From Escherichia phage vB_EcoM-CHD94UKE2, in the sequence record MZ234031.1: a stretch of 64,000 nucleotides of DNA; one strand, given 5' to 3'. The notes beneath the pieces were generated by a model. It saw only the letters and a program-made list of their open reading frames with translations, did no database searches and had not been told where the DNA came from. The translations under genes and the position numbers were made by a program. Below are positions 9,863 through 27,818 of this stretch, in pieces. The first letter of the stretch is position 1; every line of letters begins with the position of its first letter.

Positions 9863-11146
9863 TTATTCATCAATGATAATTTTTGGTAATTTAACACCTA
9901 ATAAAACAGACAAATCTGAACGGCCCGCCATTTTATCCATGTCTCCACCATCAATTACTCTTGCTTCTTTTTCATCTTTTGCTACGGTGTAAGGATTTGC
10001 AGATAAAGCATATCTAACTAATAAACCGATAGACGGTTGCAAGCTTTCTGGATCAACAACAACTTTAAATGCACCTACATGTTCAGGGTCATCTAAGTCG
10101 AGACCTTCTGTATACGGAGCATAGAAAATTGATCCAACAATTTCTTTTTCACCGATATTTTCTACTACGCCAACGATTACATAATCTAATGGGCTGTTAG
10201 TATCGCAATAAAGCGGTAAACCATTAGCTAAGAACCCGTAGGCATTTTGTGAAAGATACTTATCATCTTCTGGTTTATGTTTTAACCAACCAGATGCAGC
10301 AAGAATCGCAGCGGCACGAGCTGAAGCAACACAGAACGTTGCCGTATAAGTTGATTCTTTTTGGATATGCGAAACCATTTCACATACCATTCGGTATAAT
10401 GAACGACCAGCTTCAGGTGCAGATGCATAACTCAAATCAATGAATCCAGTATCAGTAATTCCTGTAACTTTATAACGTTTTGATACTGTAATCAAAGACT
10501 GCAGAATATCTTTATTGATTTCATCTGCCATTTCAGTTGCAAGCAAATCTTCCAAGAAATTAGGAGCATCGAATCCATTTGCTTCTAAATCTTGTGCTAA
10601 TTCAACTGTGATACCAGTTTTAAGTTTACGAGATTTAACTGCGGTTTGCCATTTATTAATCTGGAATCTAGCATCCGCAATTTCACTATCAGAGCTTTCA
10701 AATTTGCTTGTTGACGCTGCGTCAGAAAATAGACGAACCTTTAAAAGAACAATTGCAATCTGAAGAGCTAATTCTAAATCGCTTTCTTCAATATCAGCAA
10801 ATGGTGTATCTTCTAATACTTTATAAACGATATTATTATATTTGAATAAATCGCCCTTATTGAGAGTTAATTTAGACTCTTCTGTTAATTCTGTGATTTG
10901 TTCTCGGTCTACATATCCAGCTTCGCCGGCGTAAGTAGCACCAGTTTTAAATGTAAATTCGTTATCCGGGTTAAGGTATTTGATACCATAAAAAGCAGCA
11001 ACAGGTTGATTAGTTCTTTGCGTTGCTACAATGTCAGAATATATTAATTTAGTGGTAGCGCGAGTCAAAGCAACGAGATTTGGGCGACCGATTGAGTTGC
11101 TATTCGTTGTGGTTGATTCGCGCAGAAGTTCGTTGATTTTAGCCAT
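9863..11146 (-). CDS. 24: head vertex protein gp24
   Basis: 427 aa, MAKINELLRES...; gp23-like fold paralog downstream of gene 23. Confidence 0.95.
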   Translation of the reverse strand: MAKINELLRESTTTNSNSIGRPNLVALTRATTKLIYSDIVATQRTNQPVAAFYGIKYLNPDNEFTFKTGATYAGEAGYVDREQITELTEESKLTLNKGDLFKYNNIVYKVLEDTPFADIEESDLELALQIAIVLLKVRLFSDAASTSKFESSDSEIADARFQINKWQTAVKSRKLKTGITVELAQDLEANGFDAPNFLEDLLATEMADEINKDILQSLITVSKRYKVTGITDTGFIDLSYASAPEAGRSLYRMVCEMVSHIQKESTYTATFCVASARAAAILAASGWLKHKPEDDKYLSQNAYGFLANGLPLYCDTNSPLDYVIVGVVENIGEKEIVGSIFYAPYTEGLDLDDPEHVGAFKVVVDPESLQPSIGLLVRYALSANPYTVAKDEKEARVIDGGDMDKMAGRSDLSVLLGVKLPKIIIDE

Positions 11147-11173
11147 TGCGCTTTCCTTTCAGTTTATATGATT

Positions 11174-11181
11174 TATTTATA
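11174..11181 (-). promoter_or_regulatory. late promoter for gene 24
   Basis: rc TATAAATA 28 nt upstream of gene 24 ATG. Confidence 0.7.
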
Positions 11182-11182
11182 C

Positions 11183-11216
11183 CATAAAAACAACTAAAGG
11201 GACCCGAAGGTCCCTT
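11183..11216 (-). terminator. intrinsic terminator after gene 23
   Basis: AAGGGACC-CGAA-GGTCCCTT hairpin followed (minus strand) by TTTTT. Confidence 0.7.
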
Positions 11217-11229
11217 AAATCGTCAAAGA

Positions 11230-12795
11230 TTAGATACCTTTAACATATACACGGCGGAAGTAAGCGTTTTTACCAAGGCTATTCAGAATAGAAGGCATAC
11301 CGCTCTGGATGCGAGAAGCCGGAGCCTGAGCAGCGGATTCTGCAAATGGGTTGATACCGATACCGTAACGAGTTTTGAATCCCATTACCGGTTGGAAGTT
11401 CTTCGGATCAGAACCACGCAGCGGAGTCAGAGCTACATATGGAGCATAGTAAATACCAGCATCCATTTCGTTCGGACCTTTATAACCTACGGTGAAATAA
11501 TCCTGTTTAGCATACTGGTCGATATATACACGGTATTTACCACCCAGAACACCAGCAAATACTGACTTGGTAGTATCAGTGTTAAAGCCAGTAGCCAGAC
11601 CTTGTGCAGCATAAGAAATGCCGGTATCAACTGAAGCCAGAACGTTAACTACGTTACGGGAAGCGATAATGAAGTTACCTTCGCCGCGACCAGTCTGACG
11701 AGCAATTTCAACTGCTTCTTTGTCAATCTGGAACAACAGAGCTTTAAAGGATTCACCTGCCCAGCGAGCACCACGAATATCGATTGGGTCCTGGAAGTCA
11801 AATACACCAGCTTTAGAACCCGGAGTCAGGGTCATACCAGATTTACCAACCTGAGCGGAGTAGTTAATCCAATCAACAACTTCGCGGTTGATTTCCAGCA
11901 TAATTTCGGTAGCCAGAATACCAGACAGTTCAGCATCAGCATCCATACCGTGAACAGCGCGAAGGTCTTGTGCTAATTCAATAGAGTAAGCAGCTTTCAG
12001 CTGACGAGATTTAGCTTCGATAACTTGTTTATCGATACGGAAGCCCATTTCATTCCATGGGTTATCGGTAGAACCGTTGAAACCTTCCTGAAGTTCAGCG
12101 ATAGAAGTAGCCATACCTTCAGCGATTTCTACCAGTACACCAGCTTCCATTTGTTTCTTAATTTCAGCATCTAATTTGTCTGCGTCAGATGCGCCTGAAT
12201 CAATTTGTTTAGCTGCTGTAGCTTGCAGATATACTGTACCAGTTTCCTGGAAGAAGTGAGTGTAAATAGTTCCGACTTCAAGAGTATCACTTGCTTTCAA
12301 AGCAGCGAATTTCTTAGCAGCACCCTGACCAGAGAACATTGCATCTGGACCATACATTGGGTGGAATGCTTCTTTAGCGCCGGAAGCGATTGGATCTTTA
12401 CCATATACTGCGCGCAGCGCGAATACCTGGCCAGTCGGGCTGTTCATTGGCTGAACACCACAAATATCGAAAGCAATCAGGTTAGGAATAGCACGACGTA
12501 CCATACCCATAACAGCTGGGCCAATCTGAGTTACTGCGCCAGAAGTCTGACCTGCGGCGATGTTGGTAGCATTGTAACCGTGGTCACCACCGATTTCAGC
12601 TTCTGTTAAGAAAGAACCGAATGCCTGAGCAATTTTTTCGTCTTTATATTCCGGAGCTGTCTGGAAATCTTTTTCCTGGTTTTCAAAGATTTTAGCGATA
12701 ATCGCTTGTTTGCTATTAGCAATTTCCGGTAAACCTTCACCTTCCAGTAATGGCTTCCATTTGTTCAAAAGTTCAGCTTTAGTTTTGATAGTCAT
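11230..12795 (-). CDS. 23: major capsid protein gp23
   Basis: 521 aa, MTIKTKAELLNKWKPLLEGEGLPEIANSKQAIIAKIFENQEKDFQTAPEYKDEKIAQAFGSFLTEAEIGG...; gp21 cleavage-site context; matches T4 gp23. Confidence 0.98.
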   Translation of the reverse strand: MTIKTKAELLNKWKPLLEGEGLPEIANSKQAIIAKIFENQEKDFQTAPEYKDEKIAQAFGSFLTEAEIGGDHGYNATNIAAGQTSGAVTQIGPAVMGMVRRAIPNLIAFDICGVQPMNSPTGQVFALRAVYGKDPIASGAKEAFHPMYGPDAMFSGQGAAKKFAALKASDTLEVGTIYTHFFQETGTVYLQATAAKQIDSGASDADKLDAEIKKQMEAGVLVEIAEGMATSIAELQEGFNGSTDNPWNEMGFRIDKQVIEAKSRQLKAAYSIELAQDLRAVHGMDADAELSGILATEIMLEINREVVDWINYSAQVGKSGMTLTPGSKAGVFDFQDPIDIRGARWAGESFKALLFQIDKEAVEIARQTGRGEGNFIIASRNVVNVLASVDTGISYAAQGLATGFNTDTTKSVFAGVLGGKYRVYIDQYAKQDYFTVGYKGPNEMDAGIYYAPYVALTPLRGSDPKNFQPVMGFKTRYGIGINPFAESAAQAPASRIQSGMPSILNSLGKNAYFRRVYVKGI

Positions 12796-12813
12796 TTGTG
12801 TTAACCTTTAAAA

Positions 12814-13623
12814 TTAGAAACGAGATGCGACTTTCGCATATACACTTACAATATCTTCTGCACCTTGTGCAGATTTATCTTCTACAGCTTCAGTGACGAA
12901 ATTCAGTCCGGCTGCTTCAGTATCAGGAGTATTTATACTCTCAGTAATAGTGCTTTCATCTTTATTAGATTTCTTCACCATTTCTACGATTGCACTCAAT
13001 TTACTTGAGAATGCATCTGAATAATCCATACCTTCGACCAGAGCAGAGACTTTTTCTTTTTGAGACTCAGTCAGATCTTTAGTACTTTCGCTCAATGCCA
13101 CTTCACGCTGCACATAATTGATATATGCGTCACGCTTATTGAGTTCTTCGAACAGACGAGCTGATTCTTCTTTATGTTCTTGCAGTTCTTCTTCCATTTC
13201 AGCTACAACATCAACTGATTCTTCTGGAACAACAACGTTGTGTTCAACGAAGAGCTCTTTCAATCCACCAAGCATGGATTCAAACAGTTCGGCTTTGATA
13301 CCTTTATCTACTGCTAATTTATTTTCAGTGAGCCATTCTTTTGCAAGATGGTCAAGGAATTTAGAAGCTTGCTCAGCGATTTTCTTCTCAGCTTTTTCTT
13401 CTGCTTCTTCTTTATTTTTTTCTACTTCTTCTTCTGCTTTTTCAGCAATTTTAGCGATATGAGATTCAGCTAATTTAACGGCGTGCTGCTTGACGGTAGC
13501 TTCGAATACAGTGCCGAAAGTTTCTTTTGCTTCCGGAGAAATATTAACTGATTCGAAAATACTATCAAGAGCAACGGAAGCATCAATTTTCTGCGCTTCG
13601 GCAATCAGTTGTTCTTTAAGCAT
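12814..13623 (-). CDS. 22: prohead core scaffold protein gp22
   Basis: 269 aa, highly charged coiled-coil; T4 gp22 269 aa. Confidence 0.95.
   Translation of the reverse strand: MLKEQLIAEAQKIDASVALDSIFESVNISPEAKETFGTVFEATVKQHAVKLAESHIAKIAEKAEEEVEKNKEEAEEKAEKKIAEQASKFLDHLAKEWLTENKLAVDKGIKAELFESMLGGLKELFVEHNVVVPEESVDVVAEMEEELQEHKEESARLFEELNKRDAYINYVQREVALSESTKDLTESQKEKVSALVEGMDYSDAFSSKLSAIVEMVKKSNKDESTITESINTPDTEAAGLNFVTEAVEDKSAQGAEDIVSVYAKVASRF
12930..12937 (-). promoter_or_regulatory. late promoter for gene 23 (inside 3' end of gene 22)
   Basis: rc TATAAATA within gene 22 coding sequence, about 135 nt upstream of gene 23 ATG. Confidence 0.5.
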
Positions 13624-13650
13624 TTTGTAGTCCTGTTGTTTAGATAATAA

Positions 13651-13658
13651 TATTTATA
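13651..13658 (-). promoter_or_regulatory. late promoter for gene 22
   Basis: rc TATAAATA 28 nt upstream of gene 22 ATG. Confidence 0.7.
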
Positions 13659-14292
13659 ACGCTTTTTTCATGGCCTCTGCGAGAGCCATATAGGCGTCAT
13701 CGGCACTTGTATCGGCTTCCGCCGTCTGTGATTCGGTAATTTCCTTAGGAGTTACCCATGCATCTGGAGCACTTGGACCCCATACTGCATCAACACCTAC
13801 AGTTAATTTGAATCCTTCGTTTACGATACGATAACCTTTATTTGTGTCAGTCAATGAACCTAATCCACGAGAAGAAACTCCTGGAATCCATCCGGCACGA
13901 ATATTAGCTGCTAATTTATCTCCAGGACCGTGGTCACCTTCAATAACACGAGCTCGTCCGTATACGTCATTTCCTTTCCACCACATATCTTCTATAATGA
14001 TAGCGGCTTGCATCGGGTCAACATTAGCGCGTGGAGGATGATTTAATTCTCCGAGAGCTTGTTTAGTTAAAACTTGCTCATTAATATAGTCTTTTACCGC
14101 TTTTTCTAATATACGTTTTGGATAAAGACGTTTATTTCTATTGACGACTTCCGCTTGCATGAATATTCCTTCGATGTATAAACCCGGTTTTAAACCTAAG
14201 TCTTTTCCATCATGAGATTCAAGCATTGGTACGCCATCAATAATTTCGCCAGGTTGACCCCAAGTTTCAATTAGTAATTGGGGTTCATTCAT
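13654..14292 (-). CDS. 21: prohead core protease gp21
   Basis: 212 aa; T4 gp21 212 aa; synteny. Confidence 0.95.
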   Translation of the reverse strand: MNEPQLLIETWGQPGEIIDGVPMLESHDGKDLGLKPGLYIEGIFMQAEVVNRNKRLYPKRILEKAVKDYINEQVLTKQALGELNHPPRANVDPMQAAIIIEDMWWKGNDVYGRARVIEGDHGPGDKLAANIRAGWIPGVSSRGLGSLTDTNKGYRIVNEGFKLTVGVDAVWGPSAPDAWVTPKEITESQTAEADTSADDAYMALAEAMKKAL

Positions 14293-14717
14293 TAGCTTAA
14301 TCCTAATGCTTTACGGCGTTTAAGAGCTTTTTTACGCTTACGCTGAGCACGAGATTGACCTGCTGGATTGGCAATCTTCGTTTTGGTAGCTTTACGAGCA
14401 ATTTGTCTACGTTTTGCTTTAGACAACCCGGTAGTTTGAAATGCATTACGTTCGCGGGTTTTGCGATCTTTAGTGCGAGTAATTTCACCACGGGCAGAAA
14501 CATGTTTAACGATAAATTCATTTAACGGCATATTTTCATTAATAGAAGCTAATGCAACCGCTAAATCAGTTTCATCATCAAGCATATTCTCGACAATTGT
14601 ATTTATATCGTCTTTATTTAAAGCAGAAGACAATTCGTCAAAGCGACCCTGTGCTTCAGGAATAAGTGCTTCGACATTCTCGAGAACTAATTCATGAGTT
14701 TCAGGGATCAGAAGCAT
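14292..14717 (-). CDS. 68: prohead core protein gp68
   Basis: 141 aa; basic C-terminus; overlaps gene 21 start. Confidence 0.85.
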
Positions 14718-14955
14718 TATTCATCATCCTCGTCTTCGTCAGAGTCTTTGTCTTTTTTGTCGTCTTTATCATCACTATCTTCGTCTTCGTCATCATCCTC
14801 GTCATCAGGTTCTTCACCTTCGATTAAGAAATTACGAGCGATAGCGATTTTTTCTTCTTTAATTAAATCAGTCGTTCTTGCAGCCATGGCTTCAGCAAAT
14901 AATTTACGAGCGGCTACGAGGTCGTTTGATTTAATAGCTTCAATTAAACCTTCCA

Positions 14956-14956
<1 letters not shown>
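14717..14956 (-). CDS. 67: prohead core protein gp67 (acidic internal peptide precursor)
   Basis: 79 aa with poly-D/E C-terminus; synteny. Confidence 0.85.
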
Positions 14957-16581
<1,625 letters not shown>

Positions 16582-16590
16582 TTAAGCAGG

Positions 16591-16608
16591 ATGGGGATTT
16601 CTCCCCAT
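16591..16608 (-). other. RNA hairpin between gene 20 and gene 19
   Basis: ATGGGGA-TTTC-TCCCCAT perfect 7-bp stem. Confidence 0.5.
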
Positions 16609-16613
16609 TCATT

Positions 16614-17105
16614 TTATTCCCAATAATCGAGAGCAAGAGTTACTTCAAAGGTTTGGATTTCATTGTTTGAATCCCAATCTAATTGAAGTTCACCCACGTT
16701 AGTAGGCCACAGACCTTTAATTTCAATTTCTTTTGTTACTGTTTTAGCATCACGAGCATATTGACGAACAATAGCGCTCTTTTTATACTCTGCAGGTTTT
16801 CCACCAGTAATTTCGTTTCCTTGACCAGCAGCAATGCTTTGCCAATCAACAAACTTCTGGCGAGCATCATGAGCTTCATCGTTCATTACTGTAACAGTCC
16901 AGTCATCGAATGTACGATCGCCTGCTACGTTAATTTTACGGTTCATAAATCCGACTGGAATTTTTTCTACAATACCAGCTGGTAAAGCAGTGGCTTTACA
17001 TTGGAATGTAAAATTTTGTCCAAGATAAGAAATTTCTACTTGGAATAAGTTAGGTCGAGCAAAATCACCAGATTCAAACGCTCGTGTTACATCATCTATA
17101 AACAT
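16614..17105 (-). CDS. 19: tail tube protein gp19
   Basis: 163 aa; T4 gp19 163 aa. Confidence 0.95.
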   Translation of the reverse strand: MFIDDVTRAFESGDFARPNLFQVEISYLGQNFTFQCKATALPAGIVEKIPVGFMNRKINVAGDRTFDDWTVTVMNDEAHDARQKFVDWQSIAAGQGNEITGGKPAEYKKSAIVRQYARDAKTVTKEIEIKGLWPTNVGELQLDWDSNNEIQTFEVTLALDYWE

Positions 17106-17119
17106 ATTAGCCTCTGTAG

Positions 17120-17127
17120 TATTTATA
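17120..17127 (-). promoter_or_regulatory. late promoter for gene 19 (proximal)
   Basis: rc TATAAATA 15 nt upstream of gene 19 ATG. Confidence 0.6.
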
Positions 17128-17178
17128 TCCCTATGTTTAACCTAGGGCATATAGAATTAAAGAATTAAGGATATAGTG

Positions 17179-17186
17179 TATTTATA
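17179..17186 (-). promoter_or_regulatory. second late promoter motif upstream of gene 19, adjacent to hairpin GGCCTG-CCGAAA-CAGGCC
   Basis: rc TATAAATA; hairpin at 17188-17205. Confidence 0.5.
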
Positions 17187-17221
17187 TGGCCTGCCGAAAC
17201 AGGCCTTTAGAATGCACCGTA

Positions 17222-19201
17222 TTAACCAGCAAGACCAGTTAACTCATCGAAATCTGCACCAGTAGCAGTTGCTACGAAGTTCAAGGTAATGTAGTTAATG
17301 CTTCTAGCCGGTTGAATGTAGAATGTTGCAACAAACTCATTTCTATCAATTACTGACGGAGTGTTATTTGTTGTATCGCAAACTACACGATATTCATAAA
17401 TTCCACCGAGAGCTTTAATTCCCTGTAAGTATTGGGCAGTTTCTGTGCGGAATGATGAACGAGTAAACGCGTTGTTTAATTCGAACAAACGATATTTTGA
17501 ACTACGTCCGATATTCGTTTTCAACATATTAAACAGACGACGAACGTTAATACGATCAAATGGAGAAGGAACAGAAGTAGCTGTTTTATCACCATACAAT
17601 ACGTAACCATCGCCACCTGTACCAGTTACTGGATTAATAGCTTCTTGGTATAAACGGTCGCGCTGAGCTTGGCGAGTTTCAATAGCAAGTTTAATAACGT
17701 TAAGAATCTGGCCACGATTATAACCAGCTGGAGACATCCAAGTCTGAGATACGTTATCAGTTCTTGCGCATAAACCAGCAATATCAGCTGCTAATGGAAC
17801 CCAACGATTCACATCATTATATTTGTCATACTGATATTTGTAGTTACCATCAATTGCTGCGTAGGTTGAACTGATATTAAAGTTATTATCAGTGTATGAA
17901 CCTGCTGCAGTTCTCCAGTTAACTAAATTATCTACTGCACGAGTTACAGGAATTCCAACTACAGTTTCACGCGGAGGTGAGCACAATACTAAGCAATCTT
18001 GACGAGCATCACCAATTGAAACAACATGTTTTTGGACAGTAGATGCTGTTTCAAGAGATTCACCGGCACAAGAACCCGCAATAAACAACTGAACGTCAAC
18101 AGATTCGCGGTCAGCAAAGAAGTCCCAAGCTTCCATCAAATCTCCTGCTGTTACTTCAGCATTTGATGATAATCCACCAGACAGAGTTAAAATTCCAGAG
18201 AAGCCTTCTGGCCAGTTTTGCGCAGTTGCGAAAATATATTCTGAACCACCTTTTGCGAAAAAGTCATCAATATAGATGTTACTATCGTAAATATCTTTTT
18301 CACCACGCTTAGTTGAAAGAACAACGCTTTGAACAATAGCATCATTTCGACGAACTATAATAGCGTACTGTGAGTCAGTCTGCGGCCCATATCCAAATAC
18401 TGCCTTGGCAGTAGATGCACGAGTACCACCACCTGGATAAATTGGCAGTAATGCAGAAGCGCCTTTCGCATAGTCAGCTTTAGATACGATTTCAATTTCA
18501 ATTTTATCGCCTAATTCGCCTGGATAGAGAGCTACTACTCCTGGAATTCCATATTTTTCAAGATTTGCCTGAAAATCAACTGCTGTCATAGCAGTTTCAG
18601 CGCTCTCGATTTCAGCTAATAAAATACCGGAATCAGTAATAATTTTTCCAAGAGTTATTACTGCAGCTAAACCGGAAGAAGATGAAGAAATTTCTGCAGT
18701 CCAGTTAGAACCTAATGTTGGGTATTCGCCAACTTCTTTAGCTTTAGCAATAATTTTTGCAGTAGGAATATTAATTTTCTTAATTTTTCCATCAGCATCT
18801 ACTTCGGTAATTTTACCTTCTGTTTCAACATCTTCTGAAACATATTTGACCGTGATTTTATCTCCAACCGCGTAGTTACTACCTGGGGTAGAAATTGTGT
18901 ATTCAATATTACCAGCAATCGGAGATGAGTTTTTAGCGGTATCTCTATCGACAGCGCGCACAACTCGCAAATCATTTCCATATTGTAAGAAATTCATTGC
19001 AGACATAAAATAGTCAGCAGTTTCAGCTGTAGGTTGACCAAAAGTATTAACTAAATCTACTTCGTTTGTAACCTGTTTAATCTGAAAAGCAGGACCCCAC
19101 TGGAATTTACCGGCCAAAGCTGCTGTACCAGTAGAGTTATTAACCACGGTGCTTTGAACCGTAGTTTCTTTGAGCTCAATGCCCGGAGATAATAAAGTCA
19201 T
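17222..19201 (-). CDS. 18: tail sheath protein gp18
   Basis: 659 aa; T4 gp18 659 aa. Confidence 0.97.
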   Translation of the reverse strand: MTLLSPGIELKETTVQSTVVNNSTGTAALAGKFQWGPAFQIKQVTNEVDLVNTFGQPTAETADYFMSAMNFLQYGNDLRVVRAVDRDTAKNSSPIAGNIEYTISTPGSNYAVGDKITVKYVSEDVETEGKITEVDADGKIKKINIPTAKIIAKAKEVGEYPTLGSNWTAEISSSSSGLAAVITLGKIITDSGILLAEIESAETAMTAVDFQANLEKYGIPGVVALYPGELGDKIEIEIVSKADYAKGASALLPIYPGGGTRASTAKAVFGYGPQTDSQYAIIVRRNDAIVQSVVLSTKRGEKDIYDSNIYIDDFFAKGGSEYIFATAQNWPEGFSGILTLSGGLSSNAEVTAGDLMEAWDFFADRESVDVQLFIAGSCAGESLETASTVQKHVVSIGDARQDCLVLCSPPRETVVGIPVTRAVDNLVNWRTAAGSYTDNNFNISSTYAAIDGNYKYQYDKYNDVNRWVPLAADIAGLCARTDNVSQTWMSPAGYNRGQILNVIKLAIETRQAQRDRLYQEAINPVTGTGGDGYVLYGDKTATSVPSPFDRINVRRLFNMLKTNIGRSSKYRLFELNNAFTRSSFRTETAQYLQGIKALGGIYEYRVVCDTTNNTPSVIDRNEFVATFYIQPARSINYITLNFVATATGADFDELTGLAG

Positions 19202-19229
19202 TTTTAATCCTCTTTAATATGCTTTAATA

Positions 19230-22370
<3,141 letters not shown>

Positions 22371-22411
22371 GATTTCTCCTAATCTGGGCTTTAATTAGTT
22401 TATAATATTTA

Positions 22412-24113
<1,702 letters not shown>

Positions 24114-24126
24114 TTAAAATCCTTTG

Positions 24127-24144
24127 GGGCCTTGCGGCCCCATG
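24127..24144 (-). terminator. hairpin between wac and gene 13 (weak terminator or processing site)
   Basis: TGGGGCC-TTGC-GGCCCCA. Confidence 0.45.
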
Positions 24145-25602
24145 TTATGCTGGTGATAAAAAGGTAGAAAGTAGTACCCATTCGCCGTCTTTACGAACGT
24201 AAGCTTGGCCATCTTTTGGAGCTTCAGGAATATAACCCGCTTCTTGTAGAGCTTGAACGCTGCTCTGTAAAGAGGATATATTGTCTTTAGCTGTATTTAC
24301 TTCATGCGTGACTGCCGCAATGTTAGTTTCATTCGTTTTTATAGAATTAGTTAATCCTCGTTCTTCAACAGTTGATCCGTCAGGATTATTTCCATTTATA
24401 AGTGAAGTAAGTTCAATAACTTGACCTTTAATTCCTGTTCTATTATTTCCTATTTCAACTTGTATATTTTGAACATTATTGTTTAAAACTGAAACTTCTC
24501 CTTCAAGCACTGAAACTTTATTTAATAGAGATCCAGAAGGAGACGGTTGTCCTCCGCTGGAGTCAGTTCCAACAATTTGATTTAACCACGAAACATTCGC
24601 TCTTAAACCAGACGAAGTGTTTTCACCAACAATTCCGTTTAAAGACTCAATAGAAGTTGTGTGATTTTTAATTTTTCCTTTAATACTAGAAGGAATATCA
24701 TCTGAACCTATAGAAGTTTCAATAGCCGTTAAGCGCTGTTTAACACCTTCACTCTGATTTAATTCATTATTAATAGATTCAATGCTACTTTTGTTATTAT
24801 TAATTTCTGTTATTATAGAAACATTTTCTGGGTATCCAATAGAAGATTTAATTTCTGCTATATCAGAATTTATTAAAGTTTGTTTATCATCTATAGTGTT
24901 TAATCTATTATAAATATTTGGTCCAAAATCTACTGGTTTATTACCAAGTTCATCGCGTAATTTACCAACTTCAACCGTCAATGATCCTACGTCAGATTCA
25001 GTAAATTTATTTTCTAATTCACTTAAACGAATGCCTTGTGAAGATAATAATGTACTATTTGTTATTATTCTATGTTTCATTCCTGTGCTAGCATTACCAA
25101 CAACAGGAAGACCGTTAATGTCTTGGCCAGAATATTGCCCTAGTTCTTGTTTAATCCACAATAAATCATTTCTAATTGTTCTATAAACAGAGTTTTCTTC
25201 ATCATTAAATGGACCTATATCAGCAATAATTTTGTCAACTGTATTATTAGTTCCAGTTAATATATCAGTGTGTTCATTAGTAAGTGTCTTTAAATTTGAT
25301 ATGTCATTTTTATTAACACTGATCTGCGATAGTGCTTCTATATCTCCTGATACATCTAAAACTCCTTGAATTGTTTTAATATCTTTCTGCGATGTTTCAA
25401 TGGCAGTTTTAAGAATTCCTATATTTTCGTCAAGAACCTCAACATTTTTAAACACGGAAACAATTGGTCTATTCATTGATCCATCGTTTCCATACTTAGT
25501 GCTAGCTCCTAGTATTTCTTCACCATTTTTAATCCATGAAATACGTTCCTGACCTTCATCAGGAACGCTATCAACAAAAGGTAAATCTTTTAATTCAATC
25601 AT
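24145..25602 (-). CDS. wac: fibritin (whisker antigen control, neck whiskers)
   Basis: 485 aa coiled-coil; C-terminal foldon [27 protein letters not shown] (T4 has PRDGQ). Confidence 0.95.
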   Translation of the reverse strand: MIELKDLPFVDSVPDEGQERISWIKNGEEILGASTKYGNDGSMNRPIVSVFKNVEVLDENIGILKTAIETSQKDIKTIQGVLDVSGDIEALSQISVNKNDISNLKTLTNEHTDILTGTNNTVDKIIADIGPFNDEENSVYRTIRNDLLWIKQELGQYSGQDINGLPVVGNASTGMKHRIITNSTLLSSQGIRLSELENKFTESDVGSLTVEVGKLRDELGNKPVDFGPNIYNRLNTIDDKQTLINSDIAEIKSSIGYPENVSIITEINNNKSSIESINNELNQSEGVKQRLTAIETSIGSDDIPSSIKGKIKNHTTSIESLNGIVGENTSSGLRANVSWLNQIVGTDSSGGQPSPSGSLLNKVSVLEGEVSVLNNNVQNIQVEIGNNRTGIKGQVIELTSLINGNNPDGSTVEERGLTNSIKTNETNIAAVTHEVNTAKDNISSLQSSVQALQEAGYIPEAPKDGQAYVRKDGEWVLLSTFLSPA

Positions 25603-25611
25603 TTGTAATCC

Positions 25612-27162
25612 TTAGTAATGAACTTTAATAATATAGTTTAATGATATATTCCATGGTCTAGTTTCATAACCAATTAATCCTTCACGATTAAGTGTACCAA
25701 GGGCATCTCTCGGTCCGCCTAATTCAAATCCATCATTAGTGAAGTATGAAGCATTATCCCAGTCGGCATATTTTCTAGTTCCAAGATATCCTTGATAAAC
25801 AGACGCGCCAAATGGGCCTTCACTTCTGTTATATTCCCCCCAACCACCGGCGTGTTTATGGTATGACATTTGTTGTGCTTGAACACCACCAACATGCATT
25901 CCGTCACATCCTACGCCAAGTCTATCCTTTCCATAACCATCTTGTCCTCGTTGATTTAAAATATGACCGCCTGTGCCAGCTCCTCTGACGAAAAGACCCC
26001 GCATATCAGGAACGCCAGGATTATTCCAATCGCCACCAAATCTTGTTCCAACTACGTTTCTATAATCAGGAAATTGGTCACCTGACACGGTTCCACCATG
26101 ACACATAATCCAACCTGGAGGTGCTGAATCACCCGCAAACATCATAATAGTTCCAACCGGAACTCGTTCGGACGCATATCTTTCAGTGGCAACAGGTTGA
26201 TCGCCATTTTTCCACATTCCACCGCGTGACCAAATTCCATTTGCTGTAAGATGGTCTAAATTTAAAGAACCATTAATAGTTTGTCCACCACGCGTATTAA
26301 TTACATCTGCGTTCCACGCTAATGCTCCAGAACTATCACCTTCAGGGGCAATACCGGCTTGCGTCGTTAATTTAACTACTCCACGCATAGAACCAGTAGC
26401 TCCTCGACCATTTAGTGTTTCACCTGTTACTGCAACATCTCCTAAATTACTGTTAATTTCCGATTGTGTTCCTAAACGTATAACACCCTTATATTCTTGT
26501 GTTGCAACAGAATTCATAAAGGTATACGGAGAAATTGCATATCCTTCGCGGAGAGTTCCTTGACGAGTTTGCGCAACAGTTGATAATTGAACCACACCTC
26601 TCACAGATTCTGATGCAGTATCTTCGGAAGGAGCTATTTGTGAAATTAATTTTATTGCGAGTTTTTGGGTTTTTAGCGGAGTCATCGCCGTAGTATCATC
26701 AACACCAGCCAAAGCCGCAGGCGTAGATGATATTTTAATAACCCCGTTTGATGACTCAGATGAATATCTATTTCGGAACACATCATCAGTATGGTATTTC
26801 AGTTTTTGCGGCGTTATTGATGAATTATTATCTGAGCCTTCTAATGTTTCTTCATTTGTTGAATAGCGCGTTAAACCATATTTAGTTTCAGTAGCATTTG
26901 GATACAATAATCTTGTTGCTAATGTAGCTGGTGTAACGATTTTAGAATTATTTGTTCCATCTAAAACCTCTTGCTCTGATGCAATCATTGCTATTCCTTT
27001 AACTTCCATAGTTGCATCAGGAATACCATTTACGCCGATATTACTTATTTTTGATAATGCAGACTGTACTGTCGTAACAGTGCCAGGAAAATTCGATCCA
27101 GTAGGATCGAATTTAACATATTTTGATTCATTTGATACGTGCTGATATGTATTGTTACTCAT
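25612..27162 (-). CDS. 12: short tail fiber protein gp12
   Basis: 516 aa; synteny between wac and gene 11. Confidence 0.9.
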   Translation of the reverse strand: MSNNTYQHVSNESKYVKFDPTGSNFPGTVTTVQSALSKISNIGVNGIPDATMEVKGIAMIASEQEVLDGTNNSKIVTPATLATRLLYPNATETKYGLTRYSTNEETLEGSDNNSSITPQKLKYHTDDVFRNRYSSESSNGVIKISSTPAALAGVDDTTAMTPLKTQKLAIKLISQIAPSEDTASESVRGVVQLSTVAQTRQGTLREGYAISPYTFMNSVATQEYKGVIRLGTQSEINSNLGDVAVTGETLNGRGATGSMRGVVKLTTQAGIAPEGDSSGALAWNADVINTRGGQTINGSLNLDHLTANGIWSRGGMWKNGDQPVATERYASERVPVGTIMMFAGDSAPPGWIMCHGGTVSGDQFPDYRNVVGTRFGGDWNNPGVPDMRGLFVRGAGTGGHILNQRGQDGYGKDRLGVGCDGMHVGGVQAQQMSYHKHAGGWGEYNRSEGPFGASVYQGYLGTRKYADWDNASYFTNDGFELGGPRDALGTLNREGLIGYETRPWNISLNYIIKVHY

Positions 27163-27818
27163 GCTATTCTCTCAAAATAATAAAATACTGTAGGTTGTGT
27201 GTGACTATCTAGCGTAACAGTTTGCGCACCTAATAATTGCCAAGTTCCATACCCGGGTTTAGAAGGAGAAATTATTTCTTGTTTGAAAGTAATTCCTTTA
27301 TCAGAGTATTGTTCTAAGATATGTTCTTGGTTATCTAAATACTTAACTTGTATTTTATTCCCTATGGTAGGATGGTCTTCAAATGAATCAATTGCAATAA
27401 ATTTTACAACCATTTCCTGTAGAGCTGTTCTAACAGCACTAGTAAATTCAATTGAAGTCATTCCATTAGTAGCTTTAACTGGAATACCAAACATGTTAAC
27501 AATAACTGGGTCACCTGGTTTGGCTGAAGTATCAGTAACAGTTCCTTCAAATGACCAATAGTCGGTTTGTTGCACGCCAGTAGGAGATACGCCGCTTATA
27601 TTAATTAATACAGCTCCAACCTGTTGCTCTGCCATATTTCTAACATCATTGATAGCAGATTCTACATTTGAGTCATAAAAACCTTTTGCTATTTGTGAAA
27701 TTGTTACAGCGCCTACCGGCTGATTATTCATAACCGAAATATCATTTTTCTTAGTTCTAAAACCAAGAAAATCTGCTAAGCGGGAAATAACTCCCGCTTT
27801 ATTATTAAGTAAACTCAT
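27159..27818 (-). CDS. 11: baseplate wedge / short-tail-fiber attachment protein gp11
   Basis: ORF track begins at TTG (27836); in-frame ATG at 27816-27818 overlapping gene 10 stop gives 219 aa ([10 protein letters not shown]...). Confidence 0.88.
   Translation of the reverse strand: MSLLNNKAGVISRLADFLGFRTKKNDISVMNNQPVGAVTISQIAKGFYDSNVESAINDVRNMAEQQVGAVLINISGVSPTGVQQTDYWSFEGTVTDTSAKPGDPVIVNMFGIPVKATNGMTSIEFTSAVRTALQEMVVKFIAIDSFEDHPTIGNKIQVKYLDNQEHILEQYSDKGITFKQEIISPSKPGYGTWQLLGAQTVTLDSHTQPTVFYYFERIA

Noticed and set aside
512-13462. Numerous 60-135 aa ORFs on the strand opposite the structural genes (for example 512-706, 2989-3195, 5279-5536, 10249-10443, 10515-10763, 12205-12609, 13118-13462)
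   Set aside because: Fully embedded antisense in long, well-supported T4 structural genes; no initiation signals; several start at TTG/GTG
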